This document shows positions 9,758 through 20,200 of a stretch of 64,000 nucleotides of DNA, in pieces; the stretch's first letter is position 1, and the number at the start of each line of letters is the position of its first letter. Source of the DNA: a virus (taxonomy: Duplodnaviria; Caudoviricetes); IMG/VR virus record IMGVR_UViG_3300028591_000012, positions 1-64,000 of that record, one strand, 5' to 3'. The notes under the pieces were generated by a model that saw only the letters and a program-made list of their open reading frames with translations, did no database searches and had not been told where the DNA came from. The translations under genes were made by a program, and so were the position numbers.

Positions 9758-10534
9758 ATGAAAGAACCTATCTTCACGAAAGAAGCGGTTATGAAGATTC
9801 TTGCAGGGCAGGAAGAAGACGCACAGAAAGTAGATGCACTTTTTGGACTTTACAACGAGGACCTGAACGGTTTGAAAATGAACCGCGATGACCTTAAGGC
9901 AGAGAAAGAAAAAGTGGAAAAGAAAGTTGAAGAGCTGACAGCTCAGAACGCAAAGATAGCGGAAGACTTTGCCGGACTGCAGAAACAGCTTGAAACTTCT
10001 TCTCCAGATGAAATCAAAAGGGCTTGTGAAAAGGCTTATGAACAGAAACAGGCAGAGCTTGAGAGTTCATATAAAGGTGTACTTGCAGAAAAAGAAACTG
10101 CACTTAAAGACCTTACTGAAAAGCTTGCTACTGCTCAGAAAAATGAGCATTACCTCAAGTGTATTCAGGACTTTAACAAAGCTACCGAAGGGTTTGAAAT
10201 CGAACCTACCGGCAGAGACTTCCTTTTTGAAGCTATCTACGGACACGACGGCTCCAAATTCATTGAACGCGACTTGGGCGAAGGTATGAAGCTTTATAAC
10301 GCTGACGGACAGACTGGTGTTGCAGCAACCAAGGCCTTCTTTGCAATGGACTTCGGTAAGAAATGGCTTAAGAACATTTCTACAGGAGGCGGCGCAGGAA
10401 CAACTCAGGGAGCAAACAAACCACCAATTAAAAATCCGTTCAAGAAAGAAACTTTAAACCTTACCGAACAGGCACGTCTGCTTAGAGAAGACCCTGAACT
10501 GGCAAAACAGATGAAGGCGGCAGCAGAGGCCTAG
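9758..10534 (+). CDS. Capsid scaffolding protein
   Basis: Coiled coil, GGGAG linker and KNPFKKETLNLTEQARL..DPELA C-terminus; precedes the capsid gene. Confidence 0.8.
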   Translation: MKEPIFTKEAVMKILAGQEEDAQKVDALFGLYNEDLNGLKMNRDDLKAEKEKVEKKVEELTAQNAKIAEDFAGLQKQLETSSPDEIKRACEKAYEQKQAELESSYKGVLAEKETALKDLTEKLATAQKNEHYLKCIQDFNKATEGFEIEPTGRDFLFEAIYGHDGSKFIERDLGEGMKLYNADGQTGVAATKAFFAMDFGKKWLKNISTGGGAGTTQGANKPPIKNPFKKETLNLTEQARLLREDPELAKQMKAAAEA

Positions 10535-10555
10535 TCGGTTACATAGGAGAAAACT

Positions 10556-11539
10556 ATGGGAACAACCAAAATTGCTAACGTCATTGTACCTGAAGTGTAC
10601 AATCCTTATGTTCTTCAGAAGGAAATCCAGCTCAACCAGGTAATTGCTTCTGGAATCGCCACAAACGACCCTGACCTCAGATTCCCTAACGTTGCAGGAA
10701 ATTCAAGAGGTGGTAAGACTATTCATATTCCTTTCTGGAAGAGTCTTACAGGTGTTTCTGCTTCTGATGAAGTTCTTGACGACACAAATGCACTCACACT
10801 CAACAACATCACTTCTGGTGAATCAATTGCAGCTATCCACGTACGTGGTAAAGCTTGGGGTGCAAACGACCTCGCTCGTTACTTCTCTGGTGACGATCCA
10901 ATGGCCGCTATCGCAGATATGAACGCTGCTTACTGGGCTAACGCTTTCCAGCACGTTCTTGTAAAGACACTTGAAGGTATCACAGACGGTACAAACGGTG
11001 TTATCAAGAACCACACACTTGATATTTCAGGTGGCTCAGGCGGAGCTGAAATCCTGTCTTCTGAAGCAATGGTAGACGCTATCTATTTGATGGGCGACCA
11101 CGCTTCTGAACTTGCCGGTGTAATGATGCACTCACAGGCAATGGCTAAGCTCGTTAAGTTGAACCTCATCGACACAATCCGTGACGCTGAAAACAACATC
11201 GAGTACAAGGCTTATATGGGTAAGCGTGTTATCGTTGATGATACACTCGCAGCTACAGCTGGTGCTTATCCTATCTACTTCTTCGGACAGGGAGCTATTG
11301 CTTTCAACGAAGATACAGAAGGTCTTGATATCACAGAAACTGACCGCGATACACTTGGCGGAAACGACATCCTCGTATCTCGCCGTGCATTTATTATGCA
11401 CCCACGTGGATTGCAGTGGACAGGTACTGCTGCTGGTGCTACACCAACTAACGCTGAGCTTGCTACACCTGGCAACTGGGCTTTGGCTGATGACCTCAAG
11501 AACGTACCAATCACAAAACTTGTTGCAAAAATTGCATAA
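10556..11539 (+). CDS. Major capsid protein
   Basis: TKIANVIVPEVYNPYV..GGKTIHIPFW..RGKAW..DPMAAIA..MHS..ETDRD..RRAFIMHPRG. Confidence 0.9.
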   Translation: MGTTKIANVIVPEVYNPYVLQKEIQLNQVIASGIATNDPDLRFPNVAGNSRGGKTIHIPFWKSLTGVSASDEVLDDTNALTLNNITSGESIAAIHVRGKAWGANDLARYFSGDDPMAAIADMNAAYWANAFQHVLVKTLEGITDGTNGVIKNHTLDISGGSGGAEILSSEAMVDAIYLMGDHASELAGVMMHSQAMAKLVKLNLIDTIRDAENNIEYKAYMGKRVIVDDTLAATAGAYPIYFFGQGAIAFNEDTEGLDITETDRDTLGGNDILVSRRAFIMHPRGLQWTGTAAGATPTNAELATPGNWALADDLKNVPITKLVAKIA

Positions 11540-11545
11540 GTAAAA

Positions 11546-11578
11546 GGCAGGGTGTCTTCGGGCGTCCTGCCATATTTT
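11546..11578 (+). terminator. Terminator after capsid gene
   Basis: GC-rich stem with C-UUCG-G loop plus T run. Confidence 0.65.
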
Positions 11579-11592
11579 CAGAGGTGAATAAT

Positions 11593-11814
11593 ATGGGATT
11601 TGCTACATTCGCTTTAATGAGAGCAAGAGCAAAGGCTGTAAAAAAGCCTGAACTAAAAAAAGAAGAGCCTAAGAAGGAAGAAGCAAAAGCTGAACCTGCT
11701 AAGGCAGAAGTAAAAAAAGAAGAGCCTAAAGTTGAAGTAAAGGCTGAGTCAAAACCTGAAAAGGTTGAGACAAAAGTTGAAAAGACTGAAGGTAAGGCTG
11801 AAAAAGCAAAATAG
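11593..11814 (+). CDS. Small Lys/Glu/Pro-rich protein
   Basis: GAGGTG RBS; MGFATF start followed by low-complexity tail. Confidence 0.6.
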   Translation: MGFATFALMRARAKAVKKPELKKEEPKKEEAKAEPAKAEVKKEEPKVEVKAESKPEKVETKVEKTEGKAEKAK

Positions 11815-11823
11815 GAGTTTGAT

Positions 11824-12396
11824 ATGGCAGAAGCAGAAGAAAGCAGCGTAATCCTCATTGTAGAAGACGGTTCCTGTGTTCCGTCTGCAAACTGTTATGT
11901 CACTCTTGAATATGCGGATGCGTATATGAGGAATACCGGCAAGTCTGACTGGGAAACAAAGACAGAGGACGAGAAAAAGGCATTTCTCATAAACGCAACC
12001 AAATATATTGACCGTACCTATTCAAGACTTGGATGGAAAGGTCAGAAGAAGTATCACAGGCGGCAGTGTTTATGCTTTCCGCGTGTTGAGCTTTTTGATA
12101 AAGACGGCGATGAAGTTTTGGGTATTCCTGAAGAACTCAAGCAGGCTGTATGTGAAGCCGGTTTCATTGCAGTTACCACTTCCCTTTTTACCGTAGGTTC
12201 TGAGGCAGGAGAAGTAAAGAGACAGAAAGCTGACGCTCTTGAAATCGAATACTTCTCATCTGAAGAATCTGCAAGCACATCAATTTCACGTTTTTCTGTT
12301 CTTGATTCACTTCTTTCTGATTTTTACAAGACTAAAAACAGCGGAAGCAGAATTAAGAGGGCAATTCATACTGACTTACTTGGAGGAGTTATTTAA
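11824..12396 (+). CDS. Head-tail adaptor (often annotated DnaT-like)
   Basis: IVEDG..ANCYVTL..ADAY..L..ATKYID..WKG..QCLCFPR..IPEELKQAVCE. Confidence 0.75.
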   Translation: MAEAEESSVILIVEDGSCVPSANCYVTLEYADAYMRNTGKSDWETKTEDEKKAFLINATKYIDRTYSRLGWKGQKKYHRRQCLCFPRVELFDKDGDEVLGIPEELKQAVCEAGFIAVTTSLFTVGSEAGEVKRQKADALEIEYFSSEESASTSISRFSVLDSLLSDFYKTKNSGSRIKRAIHTDLLGGVI

Positions 12397-12764
12397 TGGA
12401 TTGGTCTACCTTTAGAGCTACAGCAGACAGTCTCATTGACTTTTTCTCAAACGGACAGGCCGCAGTGCTTATGAAGGGAGAAAAAGAAAAAGACCCTAAA
12501 ACAGGTAAGGTTGTCAAAGTATTCCGTGAAGTAGAAGGCGGAAGAGCTGTTATGGTCAATTACTCTGAAGAAACTATAGCAGCGAGCGACGGAGTTATCG
12601 GAGCTGGTGACGTAAAGTTTATCTGTAACTTTTCTGAAGCTCCGACTGAGGTTGAAGACAGAATTAAGTATGCAGGTCAAGAATATAACGTCGTTCACTG
12701 TAAGCAGATAAATCCGCAGGGCGATTATGTAGTTACTTATGTCATTCAGGGAAGGAAGGCATAG
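12396..12764 (+). CDS. Head-closure / connector protein
   Basis: Position; I.AGDVK..D.I...G..Y.VV....INP......Y.IQ.R pattern. Confidence 0.6.
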   Translation: MDWSTFRATADSLIDFFSNGQAAVLMKGEKEKDPKTGKVVKVFREVEGGRAVMVNYSEETIAASDGVIGAGDVKFICNFSEAPTEVEDRIKYAGQEYNVVHCKQINPQGDYVVTYVIQGRKA

Positions 12765-12765
12765 T

Positions 12766-13587
12766 ATGGGAGCTACTTTCAAGATAAAGATAAGACAACC
12801 GGGGTCTTCAGAAGTTGATACTTATATAGGTAATGACGGTGAAGTCGTATCAAGACTTATTGAAGGAGCTATGGAAAATACTGTCGTTGATTTGACAGGA
12901 AAAATGGTTGTGTTAAAGGGCCTTGAAGCTTCTGAGAGAGCTTTGTACTTAAATGCAATTTTCTTTCAAAGGGTTGTTTCAAGAACACCTGTTGATGAAG
13001 ATTACATTACAGAAATAAACGAACGCGGTAAACCTGTTATGCACAAAGCAGACAATGATTTCATAAGAGATTACTGGACTGCAAGTTATAACAGAAAAAG
13101 CATAACAGCAAAATATCTTATGGATTCTTGCGGTTGTACATTTGAAAAGTTTAATGACAAAGATGAAGTAGAAAAAATATATCAAGAGTTCAGAAAGTTT
13201 TTAGGTAAAAGTACAAGTGCATTTTTTAAGGGGACTAGGACCTTAAGAGGTGTACATATCGAAAATACACATCCTGATAAAAAGCGATATGCACGTCTTG
13301 AGTATGGAGAATATGAAAAAGACGGCTCAATAAAAAGAGCAAGCAGACCACACGGTGTAAAAGGCGGTTATTCAATACAAGCTCCTGCCGGAATGTATCG
13401 GGTTACAGAGGCAGAAATGATGTCAGGTTCATTTAATGTACCTACAGATAAGCTTATGAGTTATCAGAGTCGCGTAACAAAAATAAAAAGTAAGGAACAG
13501 TTGAAAGAACTAAATAAATATTTGAAGGGAAAAAGGAAACTTACTGTTTCTGATATTGGAAAAATAGCAAGGATGTACGGCGTATGA
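12766..13587 (+). CDS. Neck / tail-completion protein (HK97 gp10-like, expanded)
   Basis: RTPVD, YARLEYG and GGYSIQAPAGMYR motifs. Confidence 0.6.
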   Translation: MGATFKIKIRQPGSSEVDTYIGNDGEVVSRLIEGAMENTVVDLTGKMVVLKGLEASERALYLNAIFFQRVVSRTPVDEDYITEINERGKPVMHKADNDFIRDYWTASYNRKSITAKYLMDSCGCTFEKFNDKDEVEKIYQEFRKFLGKSTSAFFKGTRTLRGVHIENTHPDKKRYARLEYGEYEKDGSIKRASRPHGVKGGYSIQAPAGMYRVTEAEMMSGSFNVPTDKLMSYQSRVTKIKSKEQLKELNKYLKGKRKLTVSDIGKIARMYGV

Positions 13588-14078
13588 CAGATACATATAT
13601 TTGGCAGAAAGTACGTCAGCGTTTTCTGAACATTGACGGAAAGTTAAAGGATAACGAAGGAAATGACACGGACACCGACATAATCACAAAGGAATATGAT
13701 TCTGAAGGTAACGTGATTGCATATACAAACGTAGTTGAGCCGAATGAAATACAGGCAAGAGAGACTCTTGCAAGTAAAGACGGCATCTGGTTTGAGATTT
13801 TCCCACTACACTCTCAGCCTTACCAGCAGGAGCTTGGTGCGACTGGAAGAAACAGGTGGATATTCGGATTGCAGGTAAACATCAACAGTCCGAGAGATAC
13901 TGGCACTTACGATATTGATTCTGTGTATGACGCAATCGCTGCACAGTTCAAACGTGGTGATATTTTTGACGGAATAAGAGTGACACAGACGGCATACCGT
14001 TCTTCCGCGCGGCTGCTTGATGACTATTATTCCGAACCTGTGACAGCAATGTTACAGGCAGACTTGGATAATGATTGA
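13584..14078 (+). CDS. Tail terminator protein
   Basis: Position before tail tube; G.LQVNI.SP..TG......DAI...FKRG. Confidence 0.6.
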   Translation: MTDTYIWQKVRQRFLNIDGKLKDNEGNDTDTDIITKEYDSEGNVIAYTNVVEPNEIQARETLASKDGIWFEIFPLHSQPYQQELGATGRNRWIFGLQVNINSPRDTGTYDIDSVYDAIAAQFKRGDIFDGIRVTQTAYRSSARLLDDYYSEPVTAMLQADLDND

Positions 14079-14086
14079 GGTAAAAA

Positions 14087-16318
14087 ATGGCAAGAAATCC
14101 TACATTTAACCTTAAAACAGGGGCAGATTCGGACTTAATTGTAGCTCGTGAAATTACTCAGTCCAATGACCCTAATATCGGCAAAATCAAGCGGAAGGAT
14201 GGAATCTACACTTTTCCGTATCTGACACGCCGAACTGGTGATACCCTCACAGGTACTACCGAAAACATTGAGTCAAATGAACTTCGCCACGGTAGAACTC
14301 GTTCTGCTCCGCGAAAGGGAACTTCTTCTTCTAGCGGTGACATCAACTTTGAGTTCTCTGCTGAAACATTTGACGATATGATGGAAGCTGCTTTCCGTGG
14401 TAAGTGGAAGGCTTGGTCCAGCGACACAGCCTCTCCTTCTAATAAGACAGGAGATGAATATGCTGCCGGAGAGTTTGCAACTCAGTGTGGAACTGATGGA
14501 AAAATGCAGCTTCTTGGTGACATTGGAAGCGGTGCTTTAATTGAATCTGCAAACCACAGTAAGTTTAAGATTCACGAGCTGAACAGCGAAACTGATGACA
14601 TTAAGTATTCCCTTCTCCGTAAATACGGTGGACAGACAGGCGAAGACTTGTGGCAGGAGTTTACACATATGGCTGTAAACAATATGCAGCTTTCTGTTGA
14701 AATCAACTCCATCATCACCGGCTCATTCGGTTTTATGGGAACAAACAACCCTAAGCTTCTGAACTCTGATGAAGTTGCTCGTGATTTTGAAAACCGACTT
14801 TCAACTATTACAGGAAGTGAAGACCTTAAGGATAAAGGCGCGTGGGCTGCTGCTACAGCTTATGCCAAAGACGATGTAGTTACAGCTCCTAGTGGTGAAT
14901 ACTACAAATGTACGTCAGCTCATACTTCTGGATCTTCTTTTGATGCTACAGAACAGGCTAACTGGCAGAAACTTGAGTCTTACGCATATTTTGAAGCAAT
15001 TCCTGATCACGCAACAGACACAATGCAGTTTACAGCTCGTGAAGGTTTCCTTTACATCAATGGTAAACAGATTGAGTTTGCACAGAGCCTTTCATTCAAC
15101 CTTGATAACGGACTTACTCAGAAGTTTGCTATCTTCGTTCCTAACGCAATTTCGACAGTACCTCTTGCACTTGATGTAACAGGTGATTTGTCAACTTATG
15201 TTGTAGGCGGCGAAAGTGATGCAAAGAAACTGTTCAACGACGCTATCGACAATAATGATATTGAGCTTTTGTTCTGTTTACAGGATAAACTTGAAGACCC
15301 TACAGCCCTTTACGTTTTCCAGATTTTCAAGGCAAAACACACTGAGAATACAATCAACGGAAACGGTGAAGATACTTTTGATGAGTCTCTTCCTTGGCAG
15401 TCATACGGTGAACAGGCTTGTCGTGTATTCAGAATTGATATTCCAAAACCTGTTGACGCAGAGTTTGATTATTCAGGCGCACTTACTTCTGAAGGTATAT
15501 TAACAATTACTCCAAGCGTAGCAATCAGTGATATGACTGGCGTTACAATTTCTGTAGATGATATTATATCTGACGGAAATGGACACACCAATAAAAAATC
15601 TTATTCTGCAGGAACTCCTACAATAGACGGTTTGATAACATTGAATGTTACATCAAATACAAGTGCAAGTGTTACAAATGTTGTAGAAAGAACTTTTGAA
15701 ATCAAAATTGATGGAACTACATTGACAAAGACTTACAAGTTTACTGAAACAACATCTCCTGACCCTGTAACAAACGCTTCTATTGCCGCAATGACAACTT
15801 CAAGTGGAAAAGAAAAGACTACAATCAACTGGAATGACCCAACTGATGCAGACCTTGACCACATTGAAGTTAAAGTTACACTTGCCGACGGAACTGTTGT
15901 TGACCAGAACAATGTTGCAAAAGGTGTTCAGTCTTATGACACTAAGAAGCTTAACGACGGAACTGTATACGTTGTTAATCTTTGGGCTGTTGATGTCAAC
16001 GGTAACAAGTCTACTGTTGTTGATAAGACATTCAAATATGCTGGTACTCCAGAGATTACTCTTACAGCATCACAAGATTCTGGTACCATTACAGCGGGTT
16101 GGACTGCTAGTACAGGTTATAATGTCAGAGCTGTCGTTCTTGATAGTACTGGTGTTATACAGGAAGAAATTACTGAAACTGACAACACAGTTGATTCTAA
16201 GGATTTTACAAGCACCTTTGGAGCAGGAACATATACAGTCAGAGCTTACTTCTACAAGACAGAAGGTGGCGTAGACGTTTATGGTCCTTATACAACAGAT
16301 TCTGTTACAGTTTCATAA
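14087..16318 (+). CDS. Major tail tube protein with inserted carbohydrate-binding module and C-terminal Ig/FN3-like domains
   Basis: ESNELR..R..G....GDINFEFS..FDDMMEAAF tube motifs; AWAAATAY..DDVV..YYKC..AHTS insert; NWNDP..YVVNLWAVD.NGNKS. Confidence 0.8.
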   Translation: MARNPTFNLKTGADSDLIVAREITQSNDPNIGKIKRKDGIYTFPYLTRRTGDTLTGTTENIESNELRHGRTRSAPRKGTSSSSGDINFEFSAETFDDMMEAAFRGKWKAWSSDTASPSNKTGDEYAAGEFATQCGTDGKMQLLGDIGSGALIESANHSKFKIHELNSETDDIKYSLLRKYGGQTGEDLWQEFTHMAVNNMQLSVEINSIITGSFGFMGTNNPKLLNSDEVARDFENRLSTITGSEDLKDKGAWAAATAYAKDDVVTAPSGEYYKCTSAHTSGSSFDATEQANWQKLESYAYFEAIPDHATDTMQFTAREGFLYINGKQIEFAQSLSFNLDNGLTQKFAIFVPNAISTVPLALDVTGDLSTYVVGGESDAKKLFNDAIDNNDIELLFCLQDKLEDPTALYVFQIFKAKHTENTINGNGEDTFDESLPWQSYGEQACRVFRIDIPKPVDAEFDYSGALTSEGILTITPSVAISDMTGVTISVDDIISDGNGHTNKKSYSAGTPTIDGLITLNVTSNTSASVTNVVERTFEIKIDGTTLTKTYKFTETTSPDPVTNASIAAMTTSSGKEKTTINWNDPTDADLDHIEVKVTLADGTVVDQNNVAKGVQSYDTKKLNDGTVYVVNLWAVDVNGNKSTVVDKTFKYAGTPEITLTASQDSGTITAGWTASTGYNVRAVVLDSTGVIQEEITETDNTVDSKDFTSTFGAGTYTVRAYFYKTEGGVDVYGPYTTDSVTVS

Positions 16319-16321
16319 CGT

Positions 16322-16350
16322 TTAAGCTCAGGATTTTTCTGAACTAAATT
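16322..16350 (+). promoter_or_regulatory. Promoter TTAAGC-N17-TAAATT, followed by terminator hairpin 16351-16390
   Basis: Motif copy; hairpin plus T run after the tube gene. Confidence 0.55.
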
Positions 16351-16402
16351 ATATCCGTGGTCTCTTATGAGGCTGCGGATATTTTTTTTTGAAGGAAGTT
16401 TT

Positions 16403-16834
16403 ATGGCTGAGAAAAACTACATTGACATTGAAGATTTCTACACTGATGACAATGAAAAGAACGGTTTGTGGCACGAAGGTATGGTTGACGGAGAGCCATC
16501 TGGTCTTGTGTTTCAGATGATAGGAATTCACTCTGATGAAGCAGTTGCTAAGATGGAACATTACGACCGTCTTACAAAGGAACTCAGGGAAAAAGAAAAA
16601 GACCCTCAGATTAGAGCTGCAAAGGAAAGAGAGCTTGACGCTGAAAGAGTTGCTTCTCTTACAAAAGGCTTAAAGTGTGCAGACGGAAGAGGTATCAGAA
16701 AAGATGGAAAAGAAGTTGATTTCTCAATTGACCTTGTAAAAGAGATTTTTCTGCACTCACCTCTTCTCAAAATGGACTGTATTGAGTTCTCAATTAAGAC
16801 TGCAAATTTTATGAACAGGAAGAAGAATCGCTAA
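16403..16834 (+). CDS. Tail assembly chaperone (gpG-like)
   Basis: Between tube and tape measure genes; ends with slippery A AAT TTT. Confidence 0.75.
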   Translation: MAEKNYIDIEDFYTDDNEKNGLWHEGMVDGEPSGLVFQMIGIHSDEAVAKMEHYDRLTKELREKEKDPQIRAAKERELDAERVASLTKGLKCADGRGIRKDGKEVDFSIDLVKEIFLHSPLLKMDCIEFSIKTANFMNRKKNR

Positions 16835-17250
16835 AAGAAGCAGTTCAGAGATACTTCTTCCTTTATCACTACCACGCGGAATCCAAGACTGTTATGAAAA
16901 AAGGAAAAGAACAGAAGGAAACCAAGTGGGTTCGCAATGCTGATGCCAGGGATAAGTTTGTAAAACAGCACGGAATGGAAAAGTTCTTAAAGAATTGTGA
17001 GCTTGATGAAAAGTGGAACAATCTTAAAGACATTCCCATTCCGGCTAGATATGAATGGCTGTTCGGACACTTTCTGAATATCTGGCAGGGCTGCGAATGG
17101 AACTTTGGAGGGTCAATCATATTTACCTTCCAGACAATCAAGGATTATCAGGAATGTATGCACGTACCTTTCAGGGTATGTGATAAGAAACTGCTGATGA
17201 AGATGAAGGCTTGGGCCTGTAATCAGATAGCTGAATTGAAGGAGGATTAA
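16804..17250 (+). CDS. -1 frameshift extension of chaperone (gpGT-like)
   Basis: AAATTTT at 16804-16810 in X XXY YYZ register; -1 frame open from 16810 into ORF 16894-17250. Confidence 0.75.
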   Translation, partial: KFYEQEEESLKEAVQRYFFLYHYHAESKTVMKKGKEQKETKWVRNADARDKFVKQHGMEKFLKNCELDEKWNNLKDIPIPARYEWLFGHFLNIWQGCEWNFGGSIIFTFQTIKDYQECMHVPFRVCDKKLLMKMKAWACNQIAELKED

Positions 17251-17252
17251 AA

Positions 17253-20200
17253 ATGCCACCAACACAAGTAGAAGAAGCGGAGTTAAGGTTAAAAGCAACT
17301 CAAACTATAAGTGAACTTAATAAACTTACAACGGCAACTAATGCTTTTTCAGTTCAGCTTACTGATGTATTAGACAAGCTTGATAAAATAAGCAAACAGT
17401 CTCTCGGAAAAACTGTTGATTATTTTGGTACAGTAAACAATACAAACAATTCAAGAAATTATAAATTCGGTGCAAGTAAAAATCTGACAAATTATGCAGT
17501 AGGAGATATTGTATATCAGACAAAAACTGGTTCAAAGTCAAAGCAAGATAAAGACGCCAGAGACGCTGTTATTGCCTCATTAAAAAAAGAAGCGGACTTA
17601 AAAGATGCTTTAATTGCTAAAGAAAAAGAACTTGCCGCAGCTGTTGCTGAAAGAAATAAAATACAACAGCAGAACGCAAACACAGCCGCAGCAATTGCAG
17701 TAGAAAGAAAAAGGTCTAATGATATAAGGCAATATAAAGTTGACCATCCAGAATTATTTGGCCCAGGTTCTCAAAATCGTAACTGGAGATACCAGACAGG
17801 AAGAGGATTTGAGACTGTAGGAAATTATGCGTCTTCAATGGGAACTGCAGGAAGAATTGCAGGAGACGTATTAAGTTCTGCTGGAGCTTTAATCAAGGCT
17901 CCAGCATTAGGAGTAACAACAATTTTTGCAAAGCTTGCTCAGGGAATGACTGATTTCGCAAAATCAGCTACACAGGCTTATGCAGAAATAGAATCAATTA
18001 AAACACAGTTAGGCGTAGTATTCTCATCTCAAAGTCAGGCTGATTCTATGTTCGGAGAGATTTCACAGTATGCTGTAAAGTCTCCATTTAGTGTTCAGCA
18101 GACAAGTGAAATGGCAGTTCTTCTCAAGCAGTCAGGAGTTTATGCTTCTGACCTTATGAAGACACTTAGAATGATTGGTGATACTGCCGGTGGCAATATG
18201 GAGAAAATGAAGCGTATTGCCAACAACTATGCTCAGATTGTTTCTATCGGTAAGGCTTCTATGCTTGATATGAGGCAGTTTGCTTATGCAGGTATTCCTA
18301 TCTTCGAGGCTGTTTCTAAAGAGCTTAACGTTTCTCAGCAGGAACTTCGTAAACTCATTTCTGACGGTAAAGTAACTTCAGATATTATTGAAAAAGTATT
18401 CAAGGATTTAACAGGTATAAATGGTATCTTTGAAAATGCTACAGAAAAAGGTGCAAAAACTATTAAGGCAAGACTTCAGAACTTAGGTGATATTAAACAG
18501 ATTGCTATGGGTTCTTGGGGAGACCGAATAGTTAATGCCGGAACTACTTATGGCAAAGATTCTACGTTCTTAAACCTTTTAACAAAAGCAGAAGATTTCT
18601 TTACGTGGATAAAGGAACACGCAGATGTAAAAAACATTGAAAGAGACGTAAAGGCAATTAAAGATAACAGAAATGAACAGAGTTTATTAAATGATTTAAT
18701 TGAGCAGGCAAAAGAAAATAATGACAAAGAGCTGGCAAAGGTTCTTGAAAAAAGACTTAAGGAACTTAAAAACACTTTTGATGTAGATGAAAGAAGAAGT
18801 TATAATGCAAATGCTTATGATATTTATAATAAAAAATATAACGAGTATAGAGAAAAATATAAAGATTTAGATGAAAGTAAACTTAAAGGTTATATTTCTG
18901 AATATAATTCAAAGATTCAAAGTTTAACAGACAGACTTAATGAATATTATTTTAATTATCAAAATTTCCTTCAGAACAATCCTATAAATCAGGATATGTC
19001 TGAAGAAGAACGTAACAAAATTACTAAAGAGTTAGATTTTGCTGCGGAAACATATCACAGAAACAAACAGTATATTGATGAACAGATTTTAGCTTATCAG
19101 TCCATAATTAAAGATTTATATGAATATGATAAAGCTATCAAGCTTCATAAGAAAACCACTGATGAAATGACTCAGGCTGATAAAGAAAGGAGTCTTGAAA
19201 GAGAACAGCAGGCCAGATTTGATAATGCAAGAAAAAATGCAGACAGAGAAGGCACTTATGCAAATGCTGCTGAAAAACTTTACAGTCTTTACAGAGATTC
19301 AGAAGAATATAAAAAAGAACAGGAAGAAAAACAAAATAAACTCTTAAAAGAAACTCAGGCAGTTCTTAAAGAATTGTCTCCTCTTAATAAGGGTGGAAGA
19401 TTTGATATTTCTGGATTAAAATATTCTGAAATAGTTAAATATACGCAGGGTGATACAGCAGTCCTTACACCTTCAAGAAAACTTGACCTTATCGAAGGCA
19501 AGAGTGCTTCACAGAAACTTGAAGACAGAAAAATACTTGAAGAACAGTGGAAGTCTGTATCTGAAAAAATTGCAGAAGAATTAACTGCAAAAGGCTTGAA
19601 AAATACTGCAAATAAGATTCTTGCCGAAGCTGAGAAAACCTTAAATGTAAAAAACATAGACAAATTCTATAAAGAGTTTGGAAAGAGTTTTGAGGCACAG
19701 GTAAAAACTCTTGAAGGATTGAGTAATGCAGATGAAATAATAAACGTTTTATTCTCAAGTACGTGGTTACACGAGCTTATGGATAAAGGCGTATTGGCTA
19801 CGGTTGGAAGTGATGGAAAAAACGGAATAGACCAATCATTTCAGGCTCTTTATAAACGAATATTAGCAAGTAATTTAGGAATACCTGCAACAGCTATAAC
19901 AGGAACCAACTCAGCATTAAAATTTTACAATGGAAATATAGCTTCAAGAAATATGACAGGAAATGTACTTGGTACGGCTGTATCAAATGGAATGTCAATT
20001 GCAGAAGCTACAAAAATGATTTCATCTACAGGTGTAATGGCAAAACTTAGAGATGACTTGTCAAAAGGTGTACAGACTTCTACATATCAGATAGATTGGG
20101 AACAGGTTAGTAAAAATATAAAAGATTTCTCATTGCAGATAAAGACTTCAACTGAAGTTGTAAAAAGTTACAAAAAAAGTCTTGAAGATCAGAGAAATAC

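Noticed and set aside
11520-11545. Frameshift extension of the capsid protein
   Set aside because: A AAA ATT is not a canonical slippery heptamer and a terminator follows
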